Source of the DNA: Candidatus Micrarchaeota archaeon
Lineage (GTDB): Archaea; Micrarchaeota; Micrarchaeia; Burarchaeales; Fermentimicrarchaeaceae
Length of the DNA: 64,000 nt
Reading direction: 5' to 3'
NCBI GenBank assembly: GCA_026396385.1
Contig: JAPLWV010000051.1
Location: forward strand, 26,143-90,142
Shown: piece by piece, positions 35,939 to 45,800 of the stretch
How positions within the stretch are numbered: the first letter of the stretch is position 1
Layout: the number at the start of each line of letters is the position of its first letter
Notes under the pieces: generated by a model
What the model saw: only the letters and a program-made list of their open reading frames with translations
Database searches by the model: none
Told to the model about the DNA's origin: nothing
Made by a program: the position numbers and the translations under genes

Positions 35939-37306
35939 TCAGATTAGATCATTGATGAAGAATTCCCTTTTTGTTAGATAAGAATCAACAAACTCATTGA
36001 AGCTCTCTTTCAGAATATCCTCATCAACAAGCACGTATCCCTTCTTTATAGTTTTTGATATATGGGATGGGATGGCATAGCTGCCAGGGTTTTTAATTAT
36101 TTTTTTGATGAGCACAATTGCATCGGTTATATCCCTGCGCTCCACTGCAACCACCTTATCCCCCTCAATCCTGGGTCCTTCTACGGCATTCCTGTGCTTC
36201 CTTATGAAGCTCCCCACATCCTTCTCATAGGTCACCGCAGGGCCTATGGCTTTTCTGATAGCGGGAAGCTGGTAGGTGGACAGCTCGAGGAGTACCACAC
36301 ACCTCTTGTTCTCGTCGCTCCAGAAGTCATAGCCGAAAAGCTTGAATTCGGAGAGCTCAAGATGCTTTGCAATGCTGCCTGCTGCTTTCCTGAGCTGGGG
36401 CCAGAGTATGTCAGGCACAACTTTCGGAGCGGGAAATACCAGCGCAACGAACTTTGTCCCCCTGCTCATCATCTTCTCTGAAAGCTCCTTCTTCGAGAAC
36501 TCCTTATCCTCTGAAAAGAAGAATCCCTTGCTTGGTTTTCTCAGGAATGCTCTTGATGCAAGTATGAATTTTGAGAGGGATACCGGGGAAACTGCTGCTG
36601 CAACATTTCTGTTCTTATCAACCGGGTCTATGACAATGAGGGGAGCATTGAACTTCTCCCTTATCTCTTTCTCACTGTGGTATCCTTCAATATCAATGAC
36701 AGGCCTGCTCCAGTTTGAAGAATGCTTGAGGAGCTCGATAAGGGAGCCATAATGCACGATGAATAATTCACCGAGGTAACCTGAGAAGCCTTCAACCCTC
36801 AGCTCTGCACCGTAAACTCCAAGCCTTTTCAGGAATTGTTTGAGCAATCTCACCTCATCGCATTTCTTTTCGTCAAGTTTTGAGAGTATGTATTTCTTGT
36901 GCAGAGGTGACCTGTCAACTGCAGATGCTCTCTCGTTTATGTTGGTTATCCTGAAGGAAGGAACTAGCTCAATGGTGCATCCCTCCACTTCTGCTTTTAG
37001 ATACGGATGCTCAGCGTAGCCAATCTGCCAGGGATGGGGGGAAACTGCTTTCTTTGCATATGCCAATCCTTTCGTTACCAACTCACTCTTTGCAGTTCCT
37101 TTTGGGAAAAGCATGAACATGTCGACATCTCTGTCATTCCTCAAATCGGTGTTCTTGGCTATAGAGCCGACTATCTCGATCTCAACATTCTTTGGCATAA
37201 CTCTTCTCAGTCTTGATTTCACCCACTCCGCGATGCTCATCTCCCACTCCTTCTCCTCAGGGGTGGGCTTTATCCTCTCAAGAACCTCGCTCAGAAGTTT
37301 TTCCAT
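35939..37306 (-). CDS. cca: CCA-adding tRNA nucleotidyltransferase, archaeal class I
   Basis: GSIAKNTDLRNDRDVDMFMLF (GS...D.D catalytic motif of class I pol-beta-type Cca); 455 aa. Confidence 0.85.
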   Translation of the reverse strand: MEKLLSEVLERIKPTPEEKEWEMSIAEWVKSRLRRVMPKNVEIEIVGSIAKNTDLRNDRDVDMFMLFPKGTAKSELVTKGLAYAKKAVSPHPWQIGYAEHPYLKAEVEGCTIELVPSFRITNINERASAVDRSPLHKKYILSKLDEKKCDEVRLLKQFLKRLGVYGAELRVEGFSGYLGELFIVHYGSLIELLKHSSNWSRPVIDIEGYHSEKEIREKFNAPLIVIDPVDKNRNVAAAVSPVSLSKFILASRAFLRKPSKGFFFSEDKEFSKKELSEKMMSRGTKFVALVFPAPKVVPDILWPQLRKAAGSIAKHLELSEFKLFGYDFWSDENKRCVVLLELSTYQLPAIRKAIGPAVTYEKDVGSFIRKHRNAVEGPRIEGDKVVAVERRDITDAIVLIKKIIKNPGSYAIPSHISKTIKKGYVLVDEDILKESFNEFVDSYLTKREFFINDLI

Positions 37307-37406
37307 GATACCATTTCGAAGGTTGTTTTAAAATATACTGCATATCATGAAGTGATGAGGCAGTCTTAAGTAATCTCATTTTAATGTCTTTCTACAAAAT
37401 AAACTC

Positions 37407-38942
37407 ATGGGTGGTGAAAGAAAGCTTGCCTCTGGCAAACTCCCGGAAATGGCTTTCTATTCAATTGTTATTCTATTCTTCCTGCTGCTAGTATTCGCAC
37501 CAACTCTTTACATCGCATTGAGAGGCTGTCCTGACTCCAATGCAGTCTGCTTCCCACCGATATACCTCAGTAAAGAGATGGGTGATGCCCTCTTCAACTC
37601 CTTCTCCATAGCATTCATCGCAGTAGTGCTTGACATAATATTCGGAATTCCGATTGCGTGGGTTATAGCTAGGTACAAAACAAACCTTAAAGTCTACCTG
37701 AACTTTCTTGTGGATATGCCTCTAATAATGCCGACAGCTGCGCTTGGTTTCTCAGTCGCCCTATTCTGGGGTGGGGAGGGAATTGGATTGCTCAGCAAGG
37801 GCTTCTGGATGATACTTGCCGTGCACGTGGCTTTCACCTACCCGTATATTGTGAGGACGCTTTCTGCTGCGATCGAGGAAGTAGATATAACCTACGAGAT
37901 GGCATCGAGGACTCTTGGAGCAAGTCCGCTGACTGCTTTCAGGACAGTCACGCTTCCGCTTTTCAAGTCTGGCTTGCTCATTGCAGCTCTGCTGGCGTTC
38001 ACAAGAAGCCTCAGCGAGACAGGAGCGACTATGATGGCGGTTGGCACTGGGCAGTTCTTCGCAGCAACAGCACCTACCCAGACGCTTCTTTACAAAAACA
38101 ACGGCGATATTGCATCCGCCGTATCTCTCAGTATAATACTCATCGCGATATCAACCATACTCTTAGCAGTAGTCAGGTATCTCTCGAACAAATTCGGCAT
38201 TCCCATGCTGAAAGTTTATCCATCGCTTGAGAAATCGATAAACAGCCTCAAGCTGGAGAAGAATATATTCGCTTCTGCATTCTTCATAGCCATTATACTC
38301 TTTCCATCATTCTACCTGCTCAAATTCGTTTCGTATTCACCTGGCGAATTTGGAGACATTATGAACGCCATCGGAATATCCTTCTCCATAGCCTTTGTAG
38401 CCACGGTAGTCAATCTCGTCTTTGGAGTAGGAATGGCTCTGCTGATAGGCAGGAACAGATTCGGGCTTGGACCGCTTTTTGAATTCCTTACCGACATGGT
38501 TATGGTGATGCCAACTGTTGCTCTGGGGCTCTCGCTGGGAATGTTCTGGAATCTGTTTAAGATGAATGAGCTCCTTGTCTTGGCAATGGTTCACATGAGC
38601 TTCTCCTACCCGTATATAGTGAAGCCTGTGGCGGCGTCAATAAGGGATTTGGATAAGAACCTGGAAGATGCAGCAAGAGTTCTGGGGGCGACTCCGTTCA
38701 AGGTTTTCAGAACTATAACGCTCCCTCTCATAATGCCAAGCATATTGGCGGGTGCAGTAATGGCATTTATGAGGAGTTTGAGTGAGACCGGCGCAACACT
38801 GGCAGTCTCAAAAACATTTAAAACAATCCCCGTGCTAATAGTAGGATTTGTAAACGCGAGCAAATACGGCGATGCGGCATTTGCGTCTGCTCTGCTGCTC
38901 GGTGTTTCGTTCATCGCAGCATTTCTCCTGAGGAGGAAGTGA
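37407..38942 (+). CDS. ABC importer permease, fused two-domain MetI-type (FbpB/ThiP/ModB-like)
   Basis: 511 aa with two repeated 6-TM halves, each with an EAA-like loop (RSLSETGATM / RSLSETGATL). Confidence 0.75.
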   Translation: MGGERKLASGKLPEMAFYSIVILFFLLLVFAPTLYIALRGCPDSNAVCFPPIYLSKEMGDALFNSFSIAFIAVVLDIIFGIPIAWVIARYKTNLKVYLNFLVDMPLIMPTAALGFSVALFWGGEGIGLLSKGFWMILAVHVAFTYPYIVRTLSAAIEEVDITYEMASRTLGASPLTAFRTVTLPLFKSGLLIAALLAFTRSLSETGATMMAVGTGQFFAATAPTQTLLYKNNGDIASAVSLSIILIAISTILLAVVRYLSNKFGIPMLKVYPSLEKSINSLKLEKNIFASAFFIAIILFPSFYLLKFVSYSPGEFGDIMNAIGISFSIAFVATVVNLVFGVGMALLIGRNRFGLGPLFEFLTDMVMVMPTVALGLSLGMFWNLFKMNELLVLAMVHMSFSYPYIVKPVAASIRDLDKNLEDAARVLGATPFKVFRTITLPLIMPSILAGAVMAFMRSLSETGATLAVSKTFKTIPVLIVGFVNASKYGDAAFASALLLGVSFIAAFLLRRK

Positions 38943-38946
38943 GTCA

Positions 38947-40008
38947 ATGCCTAATGTGAAAGTAGTGGGTGTTTCAAAGTTCTTTGGAAACATAAGGGCA
39001 CTTGAGAACATAAACGTTGAGATAAATGATGGGGAGTATGTGGTGCTGCTTGGGCCGAGCGGATGCGGCAAGACTACTCTGTTGAAGATTATTGCAGGTA
39101 TGTGGGAGCCGACAGCTGGAAAGGTCTACATCAATGGAAATGACGTCACAGATCTTCCGCCAGAGGATAGGAACATTGGCTTTGTCTTCCAGAACTATGC
39201 CTTATTTCCCCATCTCAATGTTTTTGACAACACGATATACGGACCAGTGGTAAGGGGAAAGGACTCTGAGGAGAGCAGGAAGAATGCAAAAGAGATGCTA
39301 AACCTTGTAAGGCTGGCCGCGAGGCATGACGCCTTTCCTGCCGAGCTCTCGGGAGGGATGCAACAGAGGCTCGCAGTTGCAAGAGCGCTCACAACAGGCT
39401 CAAGCTTGCTGTTTCTGGATGAGCCGCTCTCTGCCCTTGATGCCAAGATAGGTGCAGAGCTTAGGAGCGAGATGAGGAAGATGATAAAGGATCTGAAGCT
39501 CACTGCAATCCATGTCACGCACAACCAGGAGGAGGCTATGGAAGTTGCAGATAAAATAGTCGTGATGAGGAGGGGAGGGGTGGAGCAGGTGGGCTCTCCC
39601 AAGGAGATTTACAGAAATCCTGCAAACCTATTCGTGGCGCACTTCCTTGGCGATGCGAACTTTATAAAGGTGGCAGCTTCTGATTATGGAACATGTTGCA
39701 AATTAAAAATGCTAAATTGGGAGATGTAAGTCCCGAAGGTCAAGTCCGGAGCGTATGTTGCTGTCGTTAGACCTGAGAAAGTGGAGGTAGGAGATGGCGG
39801 AGCCGAGGGGTTTGTAAAGAATTTCAGGTTTCTTGGGGGGTTATCCTATGTTGAGGTGGGAATCAGGGATGAGTCTGTCATCTCAAGGTTCCCCAGCGGA
39901 AGAGAATATGAATTGGGCGAGAAGGTCTGCGTGTGCTTCAAGCCCGAGGATGTTAAACTGTTTAAGTATCCCGACGAGGGACTGAAGGAGGCGTTGAGAA
40001 TTGACTAG
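38947..40008 (+). pseudogene. ABC importer ATPase (PotA/ModC/FbpC-like) interrupted by one in-frame TAA between NBD and TOBE domain
   Basis: NBD 38947-39729 (Walker A GPSGCGKTT, signature LSGGMQQRL, Walker B LLFLDEPLS) ends at TAA 39727-39729. The same frame continues VPKVKSGAYVAVVRPEKVEVGDG...VCVCFKPEDVKL (TOBE motif) to 40008. May equally be two ORFs, or a sequencing error. Confidence 0.55.
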
Positions 40009-40633
40009 CATATCTGAATGGTTTGGTGAGAGAAGGGAGGAGAAGGTCCTCGAGATGTTCAAGAGAGAGTTCGAGCTTGGCAGAAAATCCATAGAAGAGC
40101 TTGTGAATATGGTTGAGAAGGGGGGACGGAAGTTTGACAGAATAAAGATGTTTGAGAAGGAGGCTGATGGGGTACGAAGGGATATAATGGAACAGCTTGC
40201 GAAGGGTGAGCTTGCAAGGCAGGATAAGGAGGATCTCATGCACCTTGCAAAAGAGGCGGATTCAATAAACGACTGGGTATACACCTCGAGCAAGAACCTT
40301 GCCGTCATAGGGAAACTGAGGGAATCTGAGAAGAGGCTTATAGCCGAAATGTGCAAGAACGACAAGGAGGCAATCGAGAAGCTCAATGAATGCATTGACA
40401 GGATAATCTCTGGGGAAAAGGAAATGGCTATGGAGCTTGCCCATAAGGTAGAGAGGTTAGAGGAGGCAGTGGACGACCAGTACTACTCTTCTCAGAAAGT
40501 GCTGCTGAAGGAGAACAGACCCGGTGCAGAGGCAATTCTGGTGTATGCACTCTTCCAGTCCGTTGAGAACATAGCAGATGCTTGCGAGGACACAGCAGAC
40601 CAGATAAGACTGATACTTGTGAAGTTCTGGTGA
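40001..40633 (+). CDS. DUF47 / PhoU-like (Pit-accessory, TIGR00153-type) protein
   Basis: 210-aa all-helical protein with a repeated E..AD..E pattern typical of the DUF47/PhoU family. Overlaps the end of the ATPase by 8 bp. Confidence 0.55.
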   Translation: MTSISEWFGERREEKVLEMFKREFELGRKSIEELVNMVEKGGRKFDRIKMFEKEADGVRRDIMEQLAKGELARQDKEDLMHLAKEADSINDWVYTSSKNLAVIGKLRESEKRLIAEMCKNDKEAIEKLNECIDRIISGEKEMAMELAHKVERLEEAVDDQYYSSQKVLLKENRPGAEAILVYALFQSVENIADACEDTADQIRLILVKFW

Positions 40634-40667
40634 ACGGATAGTGGTGTGTAGGATATTCGAACCAGCG

Positions 40668-41060
40668 TTAGAACCCGCTAGTGATCTTTAGGAGCTTGAC
40701 TAATCCAAATCTTTTTTTGGGAGACCATTGATTCCCAAGGCGCTGCCTAAACATCCCACCATATATTCTAGCATTTGGTCCCAATCTTAATCTTTTGGCT
40801 AATTCTTCAAGGTGTTCAAAGAATTCTTTTTCTGCTTTTTTATTTATTCCAAAGTCTTTCCCGACGTAGAAGTAAATGTCCCCCTTTTTGTCGACAAACC
40901 CCCTTATTATTTCGTTCATTGAATTGGCGTTTTTAATCCAAGCTCTTTTTCTAAACCAATCAATATGTGAATAAGGCGAGTTTGGGCGTGCAATAAAAAG
41001 CTTGCCGTTTCTTATGCAGAACATTCTTCGACCTTTATGGTAGTCTCCCACCCTTCCCAT
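40668..41060 (-). CDS. hypothetical protein (AT-rich, next to tRNA gene)
   Basis: 130-aa ORF with no recognisable motif. Lys/Phe/Asn-rich composition differs from neighbours. Confidence 0.4.
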   Translation of the reverse strand: MGRVGDYHKGRRMFCIRNGKLFIARPNSPYSHIDWFRKRAWIKNANSMNEIIRGFVDKKGDIYFYVGKDFGINKKAEKEFFEHLEELAKRLRLGPNARIYGGMFRQRLGNQWSPKKRFGLVKLLKITSGF

Positions 41061-41099
41061 TTTACTCGCCTTGTTTTATCGACCTGTTTAATAGGTTAA

Positions 41100-41204
41100 T
41101 GCGGGGGGAGGGATTTGAACCCACGTAGCACCTAAGTGCACAGGATCTTAAGTTTGACAGGCTTATAGCCACCTGCCCTTTAGACCTGGCTCAGGCACCC
41201 CCGC
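41100..41204 (-). tRNA. type II tRNA, probably tRNA-Leu(UAA), 105 nt with an apparent 18-20 nt intron-like insertion
   Basis: Minus-strand sequence GCGGGGGTGCCTGAGCCAGG...CTTAAGATCCTG...GCACTTAGGTGC...GTGGGTTCAAATCCCTCCCCCCGCA. The acceptor stem GCGGGGG/CCCCCGC pairs perfectly. T-loop GTTCAAATC. Long variable arm GCAC-TTAG-GTGC. The 7-nt loop CTTAAGA is flanked 3' by TCCTG whose partner CAGG lies about 19 nt upstream. Confidence 0.6.
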
Positions 41205-41238
41205 GCGTAGAATGTTTTGAAAAAGGGAGAATTTAAAA

Positions 41239-41970
41239 TCAACCGTACATCGGCCCTATCTCCTCTACCTTCTTGTAGTTGCTGTGCGCATCCCTTGCCT
41301 TGTACATGATCTCCTTCATCCTTCCCTCTATGTTCACCGATTCGCAGACGAGCTCCTCTGTGCTTACTTTTACGTTTATTAACTTCTTCAGTGCTTCTAT
41401 GACTAGAGCTGCTGCTTTCGGGTCCAGAAATTCGGGTTTGGAGTCTGCAAGTAATGAGACTGCCGGGAATTTCCTTGAGTAGCAGTCAGCAAGAAGCACA
41501 CCGCTTACGCCCGTAGTTGCGCCTTCCTTTATTGTTTTTATTCCATTTGCCTCAAGCTGCTCAACAAGTTTTGGGGTGCTGGCTATCCCGAATACTACGT
41601 CCCCTTGGTCTTTTAGGACTATGCCGCCTAGGGAGATTATCTCCTTAACCTCTCTCTCTATGCACCAGTCAAGTATTTTCTCCGAAAGGTCGTGAATGCT
41701 TTGAAGGGGTATGATGAATTCAGAGAAAAGCACAAGCAGATTGTTCTTCTGAGATTTGTATATTCTTGCTGGATGAAGTGGAATTTTATTGTGAACCGCG
41801 GCTATGGGAGGAAACTTCTCGGAAGTTATGTGGCCCAGCAGATCCATTTTGAGCTTCTCAACTAGATAGCTGGATGCTATTGTTCCGACAAGCCCTATGC
41901 CTGGGAAACCCTCAACAAGTATGGGCTTCTTCAAATCGAACTCCGAAGTTTCAATGATTTTGACTGGCAT
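41239..41970 (-). CDS. PAC2-family protein (archaeal proteasome assembly chaperone PbaA/PbaB-like, COG1938)
   Basis: N-terminal PILVEGFPGIGLVGTIA block typical of PAC2/DUF75; 243 aa. Confidence 0.65.
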   Translation of the reverse strand: MPVKIIETSEFDLKKPILVEGFPGIGLVGTIASSYLVEKLKMDLLGHITSEKFPPIAAVHNKIPLHPARIYKSQKNNLLVLFSEFIIPLQSIHDLSEKILDWCIEREVKEIISLGGIVLKDQGDVVFGIASTPKLVEQLEANGIKTIKEGATTGVSGVLLADCYSRKFPAVSLLADSKPEFLDPKAAALVIEALKKLINVKVSTEELVCESVNIEGRMKEIMYKARDAHSNYKKVEEIGPMYG

Positions 41971-41990
41971 AAGGAGTTTATGTTACTGAT

Positions 41991-42353
41991 CTAAATATAT
42001 ACCTTCTTGAGCAGCCTGTCACCAACGCGTATTTTTCTCCTTTTAGCCCCACCTGCCCCCATCTCAAGTATGTATCTAGCAGGCTTAGCAGGTGTTATTT
42101 TTAATGCGAATGGCTTTATGCGCTCCCTGATGTCCACAACAACTCCTTTTGAGTTTAGGAAAACTGCATCAAAGGGAAAGAATACAAAAAGGGAGTGGAT
42201 TGAGCTGAGTTCTGCTGATTCCGAGGGCATAATGAAGAGCAGTGGTTTTGAAATACTGCTTCTGAACATCAGCCCCCTCGCCCTCTTGAAAAATGTGTCA
42301 GCAAGCTCGAGCTCATCTTCCAAATCGCCTTTTCCTCGTCTCATAGTACTCAA
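41991..42353 (-). CDS. DUF192 (COG1430) family protein
   Basis: ADTFFKRARGLMFR motif; 120 aa. Confidence 0.55.
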   Translation of the reverse strand: MSTMRRGKGDLEDELELADTFFKRARGLMFRSSISKPLLFIMPSESAELSSIHSLFVFFPFDAVFLNSKGVVVDIRERIKPFALKITPAKPARYILEMGAGGAKRRKIRVGDRLLKKVYI

Positions 42354-43008
42354 CCGCCTCTTTCAAATCCTGCTCTGAAAAATCAGGCCAGAGTTTTGGG
42401 CAGAAGTATAACTCGCTGTATGATGTCTGCCAAGGCATTAAGCCTGAGATTCTCTGCTCACCAGAGGTGCGTATAACCAAATCCGGGTCGGGCAGGTCCT
42501 TGGTGTACAGGTAGTTTGCAAATGTCTCCTCAGTCACAGATTCAATCCTGCCCTTCTTGAAGTCTTCCAGTATTGAATTGCAGGCGTCCACTATCTCCTG
42601 CTTGCCGCCATAGGCGAGCAGAATATTGACGAAATAACGGTCATATTTCTCTGTTTCCTTCTCAAACTGCTCAATTTTTTCCCTAACTTTCTTGGGAAGC
42701 AGCTCCTTCCTGCCAAGAACTCTTACTCGTATCTTGTTCTGGTGGACTTCTTCTCTGTTGATCTCGTCTATCTTAGTCTCAAAGAGTTTCATAAGAAGTT
42801 CAATCTCACTCTTGTCCCTGTCAAAGTTCTCTATGGAGAAGCCCCAGAAGGTCACCATGCGTATATCCAGGTCTCTGCACCATTCTATTACCTTCCTGAG
42901 CTTGTCTATGCCTCTTCTATGGCCTTCTATTAGAGGAAGCCCATGCTGCTTCGCCCATCTCCTGTTCCCATCAGGTATTATTGCTAAATGCTTAGGAACG
43001 TTTTCCAT
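42313..43008 (-). CDS. uppS: cis-prenyltransferase (undecaprenyl/dehydrodolichyl diphosphate synthase, UppS family)
   Basis: HLAIIPDGNRRWAKQHGLP...GHRRG catalytic N-terminus; C-terminal RFG; 231 aa. Confidence 0.85.
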   Translation of the reverse strand: MENVPKHLAIIPDGNRRWAKQHGLPLIEGHRRGIDKLRKVIEWCRDLDIRMVTFWGFSIENFDRDKSEIELLMKLFETKIDEINREEVHQNKIRVRVLGRKELLPKKVREKIEQFEKETEKYDRYFVNILLAYGGKQEIVDACNSILEDFKKGRIESVTEETFANYLYTKDLPDPDLVIRTSGEQRISGLMPWQTSYSELYFCPKLWPDFSEQDLKEAVEYYETRKRRFGR

Positions 43009-43057
43009 CAGGTAGGTATGAGACTTCAGGATTTATATACGTGATTTATACGTAATA

Positions 43058-44482
43058 TTGCTGTATACTATGGAAAAAAGCACTTTTGCAGTATTTCTGT
43101 TTCTTTTACTGCTGAATGTCATCATCGCGCTCTCACAACCCTTGGCAATTTTTGTTGATGAGGGGCAGTATCTCTTAATATCAAAGAAAATGATAGAAGG
43201 CTGGGTGCCCTACAGAGACATAGTTGAAAACAAACCAATCGGAATGTACATCTCCCTAATCCCGGCAGTTCTCTTGTGCGGGAATGATTTTGTAAAGCTG
43301 AGGTTATACGGTGCTCTGATTGTGGGAGTTACATCTTTCCTTGTGTTCTTAATCGGCAGTAAGACAACGGGCAGAGCTGCCGGCCTTCTTGCGGCTTTGA
43401 TTTTTATATGCATAGCAGCATTTCCAAGTTTGTATGGTTACAACCTGATAACTGAGCCAGTTGTGAACCTCTTCGTAGTCGCGCTTTTCTATGTTCTTCT
43501 TAAAGAGAAACTTAACTCCGAGAGGGCTCTGCTAATTGGAATCCTTACGGCAGCGGCATGCTCGGTAAGGCAGACATCAGTATTTGTTTTCCTGCCCCTA
43601 GCATTTGCTTTCCTCTATTACAACGGGAAAACCGATAAAAAAAGAATTCTACTGTCCTTCTTGGCTGGGGGGGCTGTGATCACCATACCGATTCTGCTTT
43701 ACCTGACCCTGAACTCTGCGCTTGGTGATGCGTTTTACTGGACTTTCTTACACCTGATTAGATTGGGGGGCTCCGACACTGAGAGCAAGCTCCAAACAGT
43801 TGGCGCGTATTCCCTCCTCTTCCTTCCGTTCGTCCTAGCTTCCTTTCTAAGTCTACTTGAGCTTTCTAAAGAGAAGAAGGTAGTCTGGCTGTGGCTCTTG
43901 GGCTCTCTCATTCTTGTGCAGGTGGGGTATGCATGGTCCCACAACTATATTCTCCTTGCGCCTCCCTTTTCGATACTTGCCGCAGATGGCATAGCGGGAG
44001 CAGTTAGGAAAGGAAGGAATGAGTTTGTAAAAACCTTCCTGAGAGGAGTCCGCATAGCTCTCTTTTTAACTATGCTACTTGTATTTTTAGAATTCAATAT
44101 TATAAGAGAAAGTAAGTACTATCCCTCATGGCAGGAGCAGAAACAGATAAGTGATTTCATAGCAAACCACACCAATAGAAGTGAGGGGATTTTCGTATTC
44201 AGGAATAATGCGGAAATCTACTACCTTTCCGATAGAGAGCCAGTGGGCAGGATGAGTTTCTTCTTCGGGGGCTATTTTGAGATGATGGATGAGAAGGAAC
44301 TGAAGGAATTTGTATTCGGACCTCTTGAGGAGAAAAAGCCCAGATATTTCGTGTTCAACGCAGCAGACTTCGCTGCTTATAGGGATTTCAAGAATTCAAA
44401 CGCAGTGAGGGATTACATGCTAGAGAACTATGTTTATGTGACAGGTGCAGGGCCTCTTGAGGTTTATGAGAGGAAGTACTAG
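43058..44482 (+). CDS. GT-C superfamily glycosyltransferase, PMT_2 / GT39-83-like (474 aa)
   Basis: 11-12 TM helices. First loop IFVDEGQYLLISKKM (DE motif). Confidence 0.6.
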   Translation: MLYTMEKSTFAVFLFLLLLNVIIALSQPLAIFVDEGQYLLISKKMIEGWVPYRDIVENKPIGMYISLIPAVLLCGNDFVKLRLYGALIVGVTSFLVFLIGSKTTGRAAGLLAALIFICIAAFPSLYGYNLITEPVVNLFVVALFYVLLKEKLNSERALLIGILTAAACSVRQTSVFVFLPLAFAFLYYNGKTDKKRILLSFLAGGAVITIPILLYLTLNSALGDAFYWTFLHLIRLGGSDTESKLQTVGAYSLLFLPFVLASFLSLLELSKEKKVVWLWLLGSLILVQVGYAWSHNYILLAPPFSILAADGIAGAVRKGRNEFVKTFLRGVRIALFLTMLLVFLEFNIIRESKYYPSWQEQKQISDFIANHTNRSEGIFVFRNNAEIYYLSDREPVGRMSFFFGGYFEMMDEKELKEFVFGPLEEKKPRYFVFNAADFAAYRDFKNSNAVRDYMLENYVYVTGAGPLEVYERKY

Positions 44483-45081
44483 ATTTTCTCGCATGCAAAT
44501 ATCATCACGCAGCCAAATATGGCTCGGCCTCTGCTTCTTATGCGGAATCCATTCCTCTCAAGCATTTCCTCAATCTTAGCCTCGTTGTATTCCCTCAAAT
44601 GTTTCTCCCTCCACCTCCTCCCAACAGTGGCTGTCCAGAGCCCCCAACCCAATCTCCATGTCAGCATGCTCGAGTCCGGGATGCTGAGTACAAGAATTCC
44701 TTGAGGCTTCAGCAGCCTGCTGGCTTCAGAGAGCAGGGCATCCTCATCCTCCACATGGTCAAGAAGCTCAAGGGCGGAGATGACTTCAAAAGATGACGAG
44801 GGTATGTCAATCCTGCTGGCATCCCCGCATATGAGTTTTGCGCGGCTTAGGATTTTTCGGGCATAGCGAATGTTCTCGTCAGAAAGATCCACCCCAACTA
44901 GCCTAATGCTATGGTGAGTTCTCTCAACTGCAGCCAGAAAATGCCCTTCGCCGCATCCCATGTCCAGCAGAGATTTTGCCTTACCCGGTATCATGAGGAG
45001 GGGCAGTTTCAGCCTGTCCCCTAGAGCCCCTCTAGAAATTGGGTTTGAGAGCGCTCCCTGTGGGACAGCTGCCTGGCTCAC
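44479..45081 (-). CDS. class I SAM-dependent methyltransferase
   Basis: LLDMGCGEGHFL motif I; 200 aa. Confidence 0.7.
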   Translation of the reverse strand: MSQAAVPQGALSNPISRGALGDRLKLPLLMIPGKAKSLLDMGCGEGHFLAAVERTHHSIRLVGVDLSDENIRYARKILSRAKLICGDASRIDIPSSSFEVISALELLDHVEDEDALLSEASRLLKPQGILVLSIPDSSMLTWRLGWGLWTATVGRRWREKHLREYNEAKIEEMLERNGFRIRSRGRAIFGCVMIFACEKI

Positions 45082-45800
45082 TAGTACCGCCTCAGTCTCA
45101 AGCGGATTACTGTGAGGGCGTATTTTAGCTGCTCTGAAAAACCAAGCTTGGAGCTGCCACCCTCCCTATCGTGGAATGTGATGGGAACCTCTTTTATACT
45201 GAGCCCGGCTCTCTCCGCCCTGAAGACAACTTCCATCAGAATCGAGTATCCGCTTGATGTCAGCTCATCGAATTTTATAATGCGCAGAGCATCCCTTGTA
45301 TATGCTCTGTATCCTGTCGTGAGGTCATTGGTTTTCAGGCCAAGCACTAGCTTCGCAAATAGGCCCGCTGTCCTGCTCATGATTCTTCTGTAGATGCTCC
45401 ATTTATCTATCGCCCCTCCCTTGACATAGCGGGAGCCTATCACAATGTCATTTCCTTTTCCAATCTCCTCCACCATGAGTGGTATTATGCTGGGGTCATG
45501 GGAGAAGTCGGCATCCATTGTAACGACAATCCGCCCCCTTGTGCTTTCAACCCCCTCCTTGTATGCTGAACCGATTCCAAGCTTAGCCCTCCTTGCTATC
45601 AGCCTGGTGTGAGTCTTGCTGGCAATTTTCTTAACAACTTCTCCTGTTCCATCTGGGGAGTTGTCATCCACAACCACTATCTCGTATCCCACACCGGCTT
45701 TTTCCATAGCTGCGCTTATCCGATTGAGCAGTTTTCGTATGTTATCCCGCTCGTTGTAGGTAGGTATTACCACACTAACGGTTGTTTTCATATTCATCAT
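45081..45800 (-). CDS. dolichyl/polyprenyl-phosphate mannosyltransferase (DPM1-type GT2, soluble form)
   Basis: VSVVIPTYNERDNI, EIVVVDDNSPDGT and MDADFSHDP are near-canonical DPM1 family blocks. The probable real start is MKTTVSVV (45791). Confidence 0.8.
   Translation of the reverse strand: MMNMKTTVSVVIPTYNERDNIRKLLNRISAAMEKAGVGYEIVVVDDNSPDGTGEVVKKIASKTHTRLIARRAKLGIGSAYKEGVESTRGRIVVTMDADFSHDPSIIPLMVEEIGKGNDIVIGSRYVKGGAIDKWSIYRRIMSRTAGLFAKLVLGLKTNDLTTGYRAYTRDALRIIKFDELTSSGYSILMEVVFRAERAGLSIKEVPITFHDREGGSSKLGFSEQLKYALTVIRLRLRRY

Noticed and set aside
39727-39729. Genetic-code reassignment of TAA as an explanation for the in-frame stop in the ABC ATPase
   Set aside because: TAA terminates other genes exactly at family-typical C-termini (abcE1 at 21561-21563, asnS at 33434-33436). 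A global reassignment is therefore not supported. Local readthrough or mutation remains possible.
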